DNA of 64,000 bases from a virus. Under the pieces are notes generated by a model. The model ran no database searches. It worked only from the letters and a program-made list of their open reading frames with translations, and was not told where the DNA came from. Of this stretch, positions 17,958-28,127 are shown in pieces. The stretch's first letter is position 1. Every line of letters starts with the position of its first letter. Both the position numbers and the translations under genes were made by a program. Location of the stretch: the IMG/VR virus record IMGVR_UViG_3300023202_000205, positions 64,001 to 128,000 of that record; one strand, 5' to 3'.

Positions 17958-18869
17958 TCAGCCCGTGGAGTCACACTCGCGACGGTGTCGTTCTCGTACC
18001 GCCTCCTTTGTCTCCACGGTACTGTAACCGCCAGATCCGCCATCATCAGAACCGTGCTTCTCGTAGTTCTTGAGCTTCTTCCCCATTTTCTTGACGAGTT
18101 GCTCGTACCCTTCGCTGCCAACAGGGTAGCCCTCCTTGATCAGCACGGAAGAATCGGTAGCAGCGTACAGGGTGCCTTCATCAATATCCTCAACAGCCTT
18201 GTAATACCCATCCAGGACGTCCTCGCACAGGAGTCTCGCGCGGCCTCTCAAATCCTCTATGGCTACATCCCGCTCTTGGAAATCGCCGTGGTAAAGAGGT
18301 ATAGCCCACCCCCAGAGGGTCTCCCAAACAAGCTGGATATGGTTATCAAAAAGCGATTTGTAGGGATACCGGATCCCGCTGAATTTATCAACCGACGCCT
18401 TTGCGTTCTGAGATGCTTGCTTCCAAGCCCGGAAAATACGGCGAGTAGTAATAGACTCGTTCCCAATAAAGTGATTGTTGTCGATAGAGTTGACAAGCAA
18501 TCGAACGGTCTCCTCACGACACCAATTCCACTGATAACCAATAATCAGCTTCGCGTTCTCCATGGTAATTACGACACCAGAAGCGGCATTGAGGTTGACT
18601 AGCTCCTGCGCAATCTTCTCGAGCAGAGACCTAGTCTGACCACCGTCTTGTAAAGAGAGCATCTCCCGAGTCTCGTCACAAATAGCCCTGACACCAGCCG
18701 CATCTCTACTCATCTTGTCAAGCTGCTCAATCAATGCCTGTAACTCAGACCGCCCACGCAAACGCTCCCTATGGGAGAGCACTCTGTAAATCACTGCTAT
18801 AACAGTAATAGCGAGGACCACCCAGGGGGACGCGTCTTGAAGAAGATCAGCTAGCCGTGCTAAGTCCAC
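17958..18869 (-). CDS. N-terminally anchored membrane protein; possibly holin-like
   Basis: PWVVLAITVIAVIYRV TM helix followed by a coiled coil. Confidence 0.55.
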   Translation of the reverse strand: MDLARLADLLQDASPWVVLAITVIAVIYRVLSHRERLRGRSELQALIEQLDKMSRDAAGVRAICDETREMLSLQDGGQTRSLLEKIAQELVNLNAASGVVITMENAKLIIGYQWNWCREETVRLLVNSIDNNHFIGNESITTRRIFRAWKQASQNAKASVDKFSGIRYPYKSLFDNHIQLVWETLWGWAIPLYHGDFQERDVAIEDLRGRARLLCEDVLDGYYKAVEDIDEGTLYAATDSSVLIKEGYPVGSEGYEQLVKKMGKKLKNYEKHGSDDGGSGGYSTVETKEAVRERHRRECDSTG

Positions 18870-19085
18870 AGAGTACGCTCCTGCTGCTGAGCGTATTATG
18901 CTTAAAAAGCCGTCAATTTGAAGATAGAAGACATCTCAGCACACCGCCCCGATCCCCGCGCGCTATTTATATACCCTTACGCGCTAGTAGCTTATTGCGA
19001 TTTAGGGTCTTGAGCATTACAGCCGCACCTCTAGTGGGCGATGCCTAGTTGTGCTGATTTACGGATAAAGAGAATTTTTCCCAAT

Positions 19086-20015
19086 CTATGAACCAGTTAA
19101 TGCTAGCCCCCACTTGTCTACCAGATAACTGATGATGTCGTCATGCTCTTGGTCACCGACCGTCCAGTCTAGTCCGGTGTCAGTCGAGTACTCGAACATT
19201 TCACCAAGCGCTACTGACGGCCCCAGAGAATCGATAGTGATTAGTTCGCCCCCATTAGACGGCCATCTGGTAGAGGTGCCGGTAAACGTAGTGGCGAGGA
19301 CATCATCGACATACCAAGTGGAATCTAGTCCATTGTTGCTGATCTCCACCGTTATCACATAAGGGCCTTCTAATTTACCATATATGAAGGTTGTATTATC
19401 GGCCAGTCTAATTCGATTGATGTTACCCTGTTGGAATATCGAGTGTGATGATCCTCTTCTTGGTATGTGAGAACCGCCCGCAGGGGAGGTGTCGTCAAGC
19501 CTTTGGGCCACTACGTACATGATACGCCGCGACGTATCGGACGCCGGCGGCGACGATCCAGGATAGGACAGATTGGTATTGGAGCCCAGTTCGTCGCTGA
19601 TTGTATTCAACCCGTTAATCGTATGGACGCCATAATCCATCTGAGCGTTAGTATCGCTCGCAGGGTCCCCCCACACACCAGACTTATCGGTGACTTCTCT
19701 ATCCGAGCCTACTATATTGACTGAGGACGCGTCACTCAAGTCATACCAGTAATAGAGACCATTGAAGGAATCCGGCCCGCCTCCAGAGGGCTCGGCATCG
19801 TCTGACACCTGCTTGGCCGTTTCAAAGGCTGCCTTGTCGAACTCCACAGGAGGGATTATGTCATCATAAAACTCGGGATCCTCTTGGGCAGACATCCTCA
19901 CTAAAACCTTGCTGGGGTCCCCCGGCTTTTCATGCCACGTTTTGACCTTACGAAGATCGTAAGCAGGACTGTCGCCCCCTGCTGGGTACCAAATGTGGTC
20001 AGATGTAACGGTCAT
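19086..20015 (-). CDS. Tail-associated protein with LamG/concanavalin-like domain
   Basis: YWYDLSDASSV...VTDKSG, and a C-terminal IISYLVDKWG, as in phage lectin-like tail modules. Confidence 0.55.
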   Translation of the reverse strand: MTVTSDHIWYPAGGDSPAYDLRKVKTWHEKPGDPSKVLVRMSAQEDPEFYDDIIPPVEFDKAAFETAKQVSDDAEPSGGGPDSFNGLYYWYDLSDASSVNIVGSDREVTDKSGVWGDPASDTNAQMDYGVHTINGLNTISDELGSNTNLSYPGSSPPASDTSRRIMYVVAQRLDDTSPAGGSHIPRRGSSHSIFQQGNINRIRLADNTTFIYGKLEGPYVITVEISNNGLDSTWYVDDVLATTFTGTSTRWPSNGGELITIDSLGPSVALGEMFEYSTDTGLDWTVGDQEHDDIISYLVDKWGLALTGS

Positions 20016-20027
20016 AAGTGGGTCCTA

Positions 20028-20459
20028 TCAGGAAGCGTCCGCTACAGCCTGGTTGACCACAGCCACCCGCCGCTGCTCAGTTCGGTCGGCGATCATAGCA
20101 TCGAGAAGCTGATCCAAAAGCTGGAGCACCTCCATGGGAGTCACACCCACGTGGAGGCCTTGAGTGAAGGTGTCGGGAAGAGCTGCCACAGCGGCCACCG
20201 TCATATCCACTAGCTGGGGCATTCCACCATCAGAGTCTGGATAGTTGCTAGGGTCGGTGGGATCTCCGACCGCAGCACCGGCCTCGGCCGGGATGTCAGT
20301 ACGGGTGTGACCCCGTAGTTCGCCGTCGACGGTCGACTCCCGTTCGGAATGTACCCTAATGCGGTTAGCCTTACCCGACTCTCGAAGCGCCTCCATACGC
20401 CAAGCGCGTTGAATAACGGTCAAGTTGGTAGGGTCGGTGTTAATGATAGTCGTTGACAT
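20028..20459 (-). CDS. Hypothetical protein, possible tail fibre assembly/chaperone
   Basis: Directly downstream of the tail fibre. Likely start MSTTIINTDP at 20459 (track start 20483). Confidence 0.5.
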   Translation of the reverse strand: MSTTIINTDPTNLTVIQRAWRMEALRESGKANRIRVHSERESTVDGELRGHTRTDIPAEAGAAVGDPTDPSNYPDSDGGMPQLVDMTVAAVAALPDTFTQGLHVGVTPMEVLQLLDQLLDAMIADRTEQRRVAVVNQAVADAS

Positions 20460-20467
20460 TACTGCTC

Positions 20468-23400
20468 CTAAAGGATGCGCCATCCGTGCGTTGTAGTAAA
20501 GTGCAAGGTGGCTGACTCATTGGTGGCCAATGTGATGTCGGAGGCCGCGCCATCGATGTTATTCCCGTTCCGACCTATAGTCACCGTGTTAGTGCTATCC
20601 ACCGATTTGACGTAGTATGTCTGTCCCTCGGTAGGTGCTGCATCGAGGTCGAGTGTGGCCGTGTTGCTCGAACCGTCGAGGTAAAAGACCGTATCGGTGC
20701 CGTCTGCGGTCGCATCGGGCGTGCCACCAGCCCCGGTAACGGTCTGCACACCGGCGTAGATGACCCCCTGGTCCAGCTGCGCATTAGTGGCAACGGTAGC
20801 CAGGGTCTCGGTAAAGGTCATTCGAGTAACAAGCGAGCTCGGCGAGGTCCCACTCCCACCGACCGAGCCGGTTTGAATGCGTACCTCACCCGGTGTGCCA
20901 GCCCCCGTGTTCAGACCACCGGCAATGGTAACATGGGCTCCACGGTCATCGGTACCGCTACCACCTGTACCATGATACGTCACATCGTTGGGGTTGCTCG
21001 TAACAACACCCCCTCCAATATAGACGTCACGCACGTCTCGCCCGTTGTTGTCGTCACCTACAACAAACTGTTGCCCACCCGTGGCATGCGCCGCTCGACC
21101 GATAACGTAAGACTGGTGTTGACAATCGGCTCCCGTGCCGATCGCGATACCATCGTTACCGGAACCATTGGCGTCGGCGCCAATCACCACTGAGTCTGCG
21201 CTCGAGCTAGCGTCACGGCCGATAGCCACACCATTTTTAAATGTGGCACTTGCGTCACTACCAATGGCCACAGCTTCGTTCCCAGTGGCCGTCACACCGT
21301 GCCCAATAGCTACCGCTCCCGTACCTCCAAGCGTAGCGTTCTGGCTGATCACTACCCGTTCGCTGCCATCCTCCAGTCCAAGGATACCGTCGATAAAAGT
21401 ATTAGCCCCGAAGCCGCCGCCACCGCCGACAATCAGCGCACCGTTGGTCGAAGCAGTCGAGGCGGTAGTGCTAGAGAACGTCGTGTCCCCACTATCAGCA
21501 TCGACAGTGATCCGGGTGGTGAGCGAATTAGGAGACGAGCCACTGACACCGGAAGGGGTCGTCTGGATTAGTACATCCCCACCGAGTCCCGCACCCGTAC
21601 TCTTACCACCAGCAATGACGAAATCGGTACCTCCCACATCCGTACCGCTACCCCCTGATGTGTTCAACCTCACCTGGGAAGTTGGGGTGGTTGCAGTCAC
21701 CGGTCCGAAGAAAGTCTCAATAGGGGGGCTGCCAGCTGAACCGATAACAAATTGATTAGAAGCCGTGGAGACGGCATTTCTGCCAAGGCAAATGGAGCTG
21801 CTATCAGCAGCGTTGGCACCCCCACCAACCGCTACCGAATCCGCCACGGCAAAGGCAGAACGCCCAATAGCGATGCTCCAGTTACCTGAAGCATCAGACC
21901 CAACGCCGACTGCTACGGCAGCGAACCCAGTACCGGCTATGGCACCAGAGCCTACAGCCGTCGATACATTGCCTATAGCTTGAGCGTTTTCCCCGATCGC
22001 CGTGCAATCGTCCGTTCCTGCAGCACCGTCAGAACGGTTGCCGACAAAAGTGTGTCGAGTACCCGTGGCTGTACGGCCTGCAGAACGACCAACACCTGTA
22101 TTACCAATTTCAGTAGTGATATTTTCTAGACTCAATTGGCCGATGGCGGTATTGTTAACACCGCTCGTCATGTTACCAAGAGCATCGGTCCCTATTGCGA
22201 TGTTCGAGTCGGCGGCTGCATCATTAGCAGCGTTCAGAGCGTCCCGACCGATGGCGATGTTGTTGGCCATACCGGTCACAACGGCGGACATGGCGCCCAG
22301 ATTGGAGGTAGCCAGGTTATCCGTGCCTGTGCCCAGAAGCCTTAGCTGGCCCAGCCCCTCCCCTATTACCAGGTCCGTGCCCGAATCGTTGGTAAAGACT
22401 AGAACACTCGGAGAATCATTACGGACCCAAATAGTACCAGTACCAGCCGGTGTACCTACTGGGTCAGCTGCCTGTTCAGCCATATTCAGCGCAATAGCGC
22501 TCAAATTACCCGACATCGATATGTCGCCGGCTGTGTCGAGTACCAACTGTCCCGAGTTACCCTCAGTGAACAAACTGATTGGTCTCGTAAGACCGCTCCC
22601 AAGCGTCTGATTACGAATCTCGTACTGCAGGTTGCCAGAATCCCAGCCGACAAAGAGCGCCTCGGTATCAGGCGAACCTGACGTACCTGTGTTATCGATC
22701 AGCAACGCAACATCGTCAGTGTTGTTATTATCCTGAGAGGCTAACTCTACCAGGAAGTCTGTCGTTGTCGTACCACCCTGGACCAGGAGATCGTTGCTCT
22801 GAGCAGTAAAAATAACATCCTGTACGCCCGATGCCACAACGGACAAAGTCCCGAGTACCAGCTCGGCGGGAGTATACCCAGTAGCGCCTGTGTTAACCGT
22901 CGTAGTAGGCTCTGTCTCACTATCTACGAAGAGCTTGAACCGTCCACCGTCATCCGCATCTCGGAAAAGACCCGCATACTTGGCAGTAGTACCTGTGTCA
23001 TATTCTGCATAGAGGCCGACATCTAGCGTGTCAGAAGTATTGCCGTTAGCCAACTTGATCAGCGGGTCCTCAACAACGAGGTTGTCTGTATTGTGAGTCA
23101 CCACTGTGCCATTAACAGTCAGATCTCCATTAACCGTGGCGTCGGTCACTGTCAAATTACGAGAAGCATCGAGAACAACGTTGCTATCGTGTTGGAGAGT
23201 TGTACCACTCGACAAGTTGACGGAAGTCGAAGTAATACCAACAATACTGTTATTGCCTACCTGAAGTAGCAAGCTTTGTCCACTAGCCGCGTTCAGAATC
23301 GTTTGGCCCGAGGCTAGCTGCAGAAGCGCGAATTCGTCACTTGCGGACATATCCACATGACTGATATAGGAACGGTCACTCACCCGGCTATCGATCAGTG

Positions 23401-24568
23401 TACGCCCTAGAATGGTCGTACGGTCGGTATCGTTACCAACTGTCAGATCATCTGTAGTATCCAGCGTTCCTGTGATGTCCGTATTACCAGTCAGGCTAGT
23501 CGTACCCGTGACCGACGTATCACCTTGTATATCAAAGATACCATCACGGCCAGCGCCGCCAGATCCGGCTGCTCCGGGGATGGCAACAATGTCACCACCT
23601 CTTGGGTCATTTGCCGAATGCGCACTACCTCCCTGGGCCCTCAGGTAAGTGTCCACCCCGTCCGTATCGGCCGTCGGATGAACAAAAGCACCTGGGTCTG
23701 ACACTGGTTGAAACTTGAACTGAGCGTCTGCCAGCCCGGCGTCCTGCTCCACAAACCAGAATGAAAGAGAGGACCTGTGGGCGGTAGCGTCAGTACGTGT
23801 GAGTGGAGTACCCCCTGTAGTACCCTGCCAGACAGATATGCCTGCTTGGGCGTGGTGCCCTACGGAATAAGTGGTTGACCCCTGGATGAACTCCACCCAG
23901 CCACCACTGCCATCAACCTGTAGGATCGTATCCTCTGTGGCACTGTCCGCAGCTGAGATGGTGCCTCCCGCTGCCCGAATAACGCCACCCACACCAAGGC
24001 CGCCGCCTGTTACCAATGCGCCCGTAGTAGCGTCGGTCGAAACGGTTGTGTCACCAACAGTCAGTCCAGTACCGGCTACATAAGTCAGATTTGCATCACC
24101 TTCGAGTGTGTCTGAGTCTACCCAGACGGCAACCTGGTCGGTTGCCCCGCTACCGTCGATTGAAATACCGCCACCTGGCGAGGCTGCCACAATATCGTTG
24201 TCATCTTCATCTCGATAGACGAGCGCCTTGTCACTATCACGAACCCACAGGAACCCAAAACCAGATCCAGGACCGGAAGGGAGGTCGGTAAGAGCGGTCA
24301 GATCCGCTCTGCTCGCAATGAGCAACCCACCATCAAGAATGTTCGCCCCAACCGTACTCGCCTTGAACCGATCAGTTCCGAGAATCGTATTAACGATCCC
24401 CTCTTCTCCAGCTGTACGATCAAACCAGTACCCGAGACGCCCAGCGTCAGTGTGAGCAGCAGGATCCGTATCGCCATCCGCTAACGCTGCCGCGATAGCC
24501 AAGTCCCCGTTGGAACCCAGTACCCGGCTACGGAGGCCTTTCTTTGCTTCAAAGCTTTGTTCCGCCAT
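20468..24568 (-). CDS. Long tail fibre / adhesin-like receptor-binding protein
   Basis: 1366 aa, Gly/Thr/Ser/Ala-rich. Two blocks of YadA-head-like repeats (AxAxGxxAxA), a LVVEDPLIKLANGN fibre module, and a duplicated GGSGTD..IAGG.TGAG..G.V.IQT module. Confidence 0.8.
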   Translation of the reverse strand: MAEQSFEAKKGLRSRVLGSNGDLAIAAALADGDTDPAAHTDAGRLGYWFDRTAGEEGIVNTILGTDRFKASTVGANILDGGLLIASRADLTALTDLPSGPGSGFGFLWVRDSDKALVYRDEDDNDIVAASPGGGISIDGSGATDQVAVWVDSDTLEGDANLTYVAGTGLTVGDTTVSTDATTGALVTGGGLGVGGVIRAAGGTISAADSATEDTILQVDGSGGWVEFIQGSTTYSVGHHAQAGISVWQGTTGGTPLTRTDATAHRSSLSFWFVEQDAGLADAQFKFQPVSDPGAFVHPTADTDGVDTYLRAQGGSAHSANDPRGGDIVAIPGAAGSGGAGRDGIFDIQGDTSVTGTTSLTGNTDITGTLDTTDDLTVGNDTDRTTILGRTLIDSRVSDRSYISHVDMSASDEFALLQLASGQTILNAASGQSLLLQVGNNSIVGITSTSVNLSSGTTLQHDSNVVLDASRNLTVTDATVNGDLTVNGTVVTHNTDNLVVEDPLIKLANGNTSDTLDVGLYAEYDTGTTAKYAGLFRDADDGGRFKLFVDSETEPTTTVNTGATGYTPAELVLGTLSVVASGVQDVIFTAQSNDLLVQGGTTTTDFLVELASQDNNNTDDVALLIDNTGTSGSPDTEALFVGWDSGNLQYEIRNQTLGSGLTRPISLFTEGNSGQLVLDTAGDISMSGNLSAIALNMAEQAADPVGTPAGTGTIWVRNDSPSVLVFTNDSGTDLVIGEGLGQLRLLGTGTDNLATSNLGAMSAVVTGMANNIAIGRDALNAANDAAADSNIAIGTDALGNMTSGVNNTAIGQLSLENITTEIGNTGVGRSAGRTATGTRHTFVGNRSDGAAGTDDCTAIGENAQAIGNVSTAVGSGAIAGTGFAAVAVGVGSDASGNWSIAIGRSAFAVADSVAVGGGANAADSSSICLGRNAVSTASNQFVIGSAGSPPIETFFGPVTATTPTSQVRLNTSGGSGTDVGGTDFVIAGGKSTGAGLGGDVLIQTTPSGVSGSSPNSLTTRITVDADSGDTTFSSTTASTASTNGALIVGGGGGFGANTFIDGILGLEDGSERVVISQNATLGGTGAVAIGHGVTATGNEAVAIGSDASATFKNGVAIGRDASSSADSVVIGADANGSGNDGIAIGTGADCQHQSYVIGRAAHATGGQQFVVGDDNNGRDVRDVYIGGGVVTSNPNDVTYHGTGGSGTDDRGAHVTIAGGLNTGAGTPGEVRIQTGSVGGSGTSPSSLVTRMTFTETLATVATNAQLDQGVIYAGVQTVTGAGGTPDATADGTDTVFYLDGSSNTATLDLDAAPTEGQTYYVKSVDSTNTVTIGRNGNNIDGAASDITLATNESATLHFTTTHGWRIL

Positions 24569-24600
24569 GACGATACGTCTCCTGAATTAGCCTGAAGTGG

Positions 24601-25008
24601 CTAGTCGACCTCTAGTTCTTTGATCAGATTAGCCACGTGAGCCGTAAGCACCCAGACTCCCTGTCGGAGATGCTCTCGGACACACTTCCGGCAAGCTTTC
24701 CGCTCACCTTCGGTAAGCTCTAGACTGACAGGCTCGTTAGCCATCTCCGCTACACGACCCTCATAGGCTTCCGCAGTCTCCTTGTCTTCTGGAAGAGGGA
24801 GCTGCTTGAGATCCACCAGCTTGCTCTGTGCCACATTCACCGCGTCGAGAGTCACCTCAATAGGCTGCTCTTTATACCAGCCCCGGCCTGGTAAGTGGTC
24901 TTTGAGTAGAAGCGCCGCACCTCGTGTAAGGTTATGCGTGATCGTCTTTTTATCGGCTGTCGCCGTCGATTCGTCTGCCATCAGAGTTCCCTTTCCGTCT
25001 TCTGGCAT
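24601..25008 (-). CDS. Hypothetical protein
   Basis: 135-aa ORF in the tail operon. Confidence 0.55.
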   Translation of the reverse strand: MPEDGKGTLMADESTATADKKTITHNLTRGAALLLKDHLPGRGWYKEQPIEVTLDAVNVAQSKLVDLKQLPLPEDKETAEAYEGRVAEMANEPVSLELTEGERKACRKCVREHLRQGVWVLTAHVANLIKELEVD

Positions 25009-25027
25009 GTTTTCTATAAATCTACGT

Positions 25028-25672
25028 CTACACAGACATAGAAGAGATCCTATTTACTTTGACATCCCACGTCGATGAGCCCCCTGGCTGTGTTGCCTGC
25101 AGCTCAACGGTCCCCGCATTCCACACGATAGCGAACGAGATTTCACCGGCAGAACCAGGAGTAAGGACTAGTCCGAAACTGGTAGGATAAACGGCTGCTC
25201 CGTCATGCGTAACACGGTGAAGCTCGGTATACCGATCCCCGGCGACATCCGTACGAACCGCAGTCACCTCCCAGGTAACCGAGTCCACGTCGGCAGCGGT
25301 GAAACTGTCCACTACACGGGTCTCATTGGTAATCCCGACAATCGTCGGAAAGTCAGAACCTTCCAAAGCCACCGTCCGCGTGGCCCCAGCAGTATCCACA
25401 TACCGCAAGCGGGTCGTACCGGTGACGTCGGTCAGGAAGATGTCGCCAGAAACAAGAGAGCCAGGGGCTCCCGGGATGATGCGACACCAGAAACGGCCGT
25501 CGCCTTTAGCGCCAAAGCGAGCCACTCCCTGGTTGTCGAACTGATAGATGAAGGCGTCGTCGTCCAGCGACAGAATCGAGCTGAACTCCTCAGAGGGGCC
25601 TGCCGTACTCGTTTCGTCGCCGATACGAAGGCGGCCCGCGCTCTGAATATCACTTACAGGATTCACCGGCAT
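25028..25672 (-). CDS. Tail-associated beta-rich protein
   Basis: 214 aa, Thr/Gly/Val-rich, located next to the fibre genes. Confidence 0.5.
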   Translation of the reverse strand: MPVNPVSDIQSAGRLRIGDETSTAGPSEEFSSILSLDDDAFIYQFDNQGVARFGAKGDGRFWCRIIPGAPGSLVSGDIFLTDVTGTTRLRYVDTAGATRTVALEGSDFPTIVGITNETRVVDSFTAADVDSVTWEVTAVRTDVAGDRYTELHRVTHDGAAVYPTSFGLVLTPGSAGEISFAIVWNAGTVELQATQPGGSSTWDVKVNRISSMSV

Positions 25673-25727
25673 AGACTGCTCCCACCAACCTCAACGACAT
25701 TCTAGGCGAGAGCAGCCTGACGGCAAT

Positions 25728-26375
25728 CTAACTGTTCTTACCAAGCACCTTGGCCAACTCGTCCAGCTGGCCTTGGATCTTGGCTTTCCTCGTCTTCGGG
25801 AGTACCTCTCCAAGTGCCAGCAGAGCCTCGCCCATTTGGTAGACCGCTTCCGGAATCTCCAAAGTCAGCTTCCCCCGCTCCGTGGACGGCTCTGGCTCAG
25901 AGGTACTCTCCTCTGCCACCGACTTCTCAGAGACCGCCTCATCCCCCTTTAGCTGAGCTCCCTCCGCCAGGGCTTTCTGATTCTGACGAACCAGGTCTGC
26001 CGACGTCAGATCATTGCTGGCTTGGCCGAAGGCATCTGGGCCCTTCTCTTTCGGGTCTGTTTCCCGCACCCCAGGGGCATGCTTTGGGGCATCCTCCATC
26101 TGTGCATCATGGTAGCCTTGCGCCTTCTTGTGCGCGTCAGGATCGCCATCATAGTCTGGCGCCCACTGCATCGTATTGGCTCCGTCGAATTCAGCGCCCA
26201 CGTCGATAATGCCCAGATTAGCCTTCTTGCCCTCCCCGGAAGGGATCCAACGCCCTGTGTTGTGGTAAATAGGCGGTGTCGTGAATGCACACTGCATCCC
26301 CGAGCGGTCGATTGCGTAGGCAATGGCGTCCGGAAGTACCTTCCGAATACGAGCCCAGCCGTGAGCGTTAGGCAT
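25728..26375 (-). CDS. Hypothetical protein
   Basis: 215 aa; start overlaps the upstream stop. Confidence 0.6.
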   Translation of the reverse strand: MPNAHGWARIRKVLPDAIAYAIDRSGMQCAFTTPPIYHNTGRWIPSGEGKKANLGIIDVGAEFDGANTMQWAPDYDGDPDAHKKAQGYHDAQMEDAPKHAPGVRETDPKEKGPDAFGQASNDLTSADLVRQNQKALAEGAQLKGDEAVSEKSVAEESTSEPEPSTERGKLTLEIPEAVYQMGEALLALGEVLPKTRKAKIQGQLDELAKVLGKNS

Positions 26376-27210
26376 CGGTCTTCTCCTGGTGTGAGTTAAG
26401 TAGTTGGTCTAGGTGGATTTCAGAATAGCTGGCGCCTGTGTAAGCCGGGTCCCCATAAAAGCGGAACACATCCTCCACCTCCATGGGAATGACGTGGCAG
26501 CCAAACAACTGGGAAGTGTCTGGACTCAGAGCATACCTTGAAAAGGCCGCAAGGAACCTGTCGAGTGTCTTGTGAGCAACATGGACCTCCTTCGGCCCAG
26601 CCTTTCGATTTCCGCTAGCATCGTAAATAGCTTTCATAGCCTTCTTTAGAGAGCCGGCTAGTTGAATCGACCGTACTGGGTACCCCACATAAAGCAGTCC
26701 TCGTGCCCCCATCTGAGCGTCCTGTACCCCGGGAACGTGGGTCTCTCCAGCTGCTGATCGGACGGTGTCTTCGTCGATGTCAGCACGGATATCGAACTCC
26801 CTAGGACGCACCACGCGGGGATTGGGTCTGTTTCGCTCAGCACTCAAACCAATGCGTTCAGGCTCGATGTGTTCGTCAAATGGGGAAGAGGCTCCCTCAT
26901 CTCCCATGACCACATAGGTTTGCCCAGTCGGCTTTCCGTGCTCATCGAACATCGGTTGTACGCCCGCCTGCTCCATCAACTGACGGCGCCTCTCGGGAGT
27001 CAGTTCTTGGCCATCTTCTCCAACAACTACGGGGACGTACTCCTGATGCCGGTCAGCTACGTGTACGTCGGGGAGTGCTATGTTGTGTCTATAAGCAGAG
27101 ATAGCACGCTCCGATGCTTCTCGAGAGGGGCTCACGGTGTGGATGAGTGGTACTTCCTCGCTATTTCCAAAGGAACTCCCACCGGTGTTACTAAACGGAT
27201 CGGACATCAC
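26368..27210 (-). CDS. Hypothetical protein
   Basis: 280 aa, coupled to both neighbours. Confidence 0.6.
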   Translation of the reverse strand: MMSDPFSNTGGSSFGNSEEVPLIHTVSPSREASERAISAYRHNIALPDVHVADRHQEYVPVVVGEDGQELTPERRRQLMEQAGVQPMFDEHGKPTGQTYVVMGDEGASSPFDEHIEPERIGLSAERNRPNPRVVRPREFDIRADIDEDTVRSAAGETHVPGVQDAQMGARGLLYVGYPVRSIQLAGSLKKAMKAIYDASGNRKAGPKEVHVAHKTLDRFLAAFSRYALSPDTSQLFGCHVIPMEVEDVFRFYGDPAYTGASYSEIHLDQLLNSHQEKTDA

Positions 27211-27605
27211 ACTGCCTGTAGTCGGTTTGACGTAACCTTGTAGGACCAGAGAGGAAGCCGGGAGAGGTGGTCGATGACCTCCTTTGAGCTCCCGAACGCC
27301 GTCACATTAACCATACTCCCTTCTACGTCAATTTGCAAGGACGGTGCCTCACGGGACAGGAGTTCCTCGATCAGAAGGGCGTCTGCGTTCTGGTAGATCG
27401 TCAACCGATTCCCAGCTATAGATAGGCTGCCTAAGGATTTTTCGAAACGTCTATAACCCTCCGGGTCATCGCTATCGACCGCCAAGGCATTTGGCCAGAA
27501 CTCGATGATTCGGCTAAAAACGTACATTAGGATCTCTTGAGGCTGAGCCTCCATAGGTACTTCAAACTGCATAGGCTTCCCCGGGAACGGTGACGAGTAG
27601 GACAA
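27207..27605 (-). CDS. Hypothetical protein
   Basis: 132 aa, coupled to the downstream gene. Confidence 0.55.
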   Translation of the reverse strand: MSYSSPFPGKPMQFEVPMEAQPQEILMYVFSRIIEFWPNALAVDSDDPEGYRRFEKSLGSLSIAGNRLTIYQNADALLIEELLSREAPSLQIDVEGSMVNVTAFGSSKEVIDHLSRLPLWSYKVTSNRLQAV

Positions 27606-27606
27606 A

Positions 27607-27622
27607 GTGTTCGCGTGAACAC
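27607..27622. promoter_or_regulatory. Palindrome copy GTGTTCGCGTGAACAC
   Basis: Intergenic. Confidence 0.75.
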
Positions 27623-27632
27623 TCTTGAAGAC

Positions 27633-28127
27633 TCAGAAAAAGTACAGTCGTACCATCTGTGATTCAAGTGCCCTTACCGCAAGACCCATGTACCTCGCCC
27701 CCTGCCTACGCTGGGTCTCCATGAACTGCTCATAGGCCTCTGGGGTGTCTGGTATATCGAAACTCTTACCAACCAAGGAGTTGGGCTTAGCCGGCACTGG
27801 CATGGGTGGGCGAGCCGTACTAACCGCCCTATTGGCTGTCGGATCAACTGACCAGTCCTCGTCTGGGTTGATCTGCCTCAGTAGCTTGCCGACCTTGGCC
27901 GGCTCCTCTGAAAGGACGTCCAGCATTGAGTGCCGACAGCTACCACAGCCCGGCTTATCCCGGAACTTGTTCAACGTCTCCCCATGCTGAGGCCAGAGCT
28001 TCACGAACTCACGACCAATCCTGCGCTCCTCATCCGACTGATTGTTTACGTCGGGGGTGCGAAGAAAGTCGAGTACCGTATTGAGATTAACCCGTTTACC
28101 CACGTTACTCCTTACACGGATTTCCAA
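27633..28127 (-). CDS. Hypothetical protein with CxxC motif
   Basis: 164 aa; contains PGCGSCRH. Confidence 0.55.
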   Translation of the reverse strand: MEIRVRSNVGKRVNLNTVLDFLRTPDVNNQSDEERRIGREFVKLWPQHGETLNKFRDKPGCGSCRHSMLDVLSEEPAKVGKLLRQINPDEDWSVDPTANRAVSTARPPMPVPAKPNSLVGKSFDIPDTPEAYEQFMETQRRQGARYMGLAVRALESQMVRLYFF

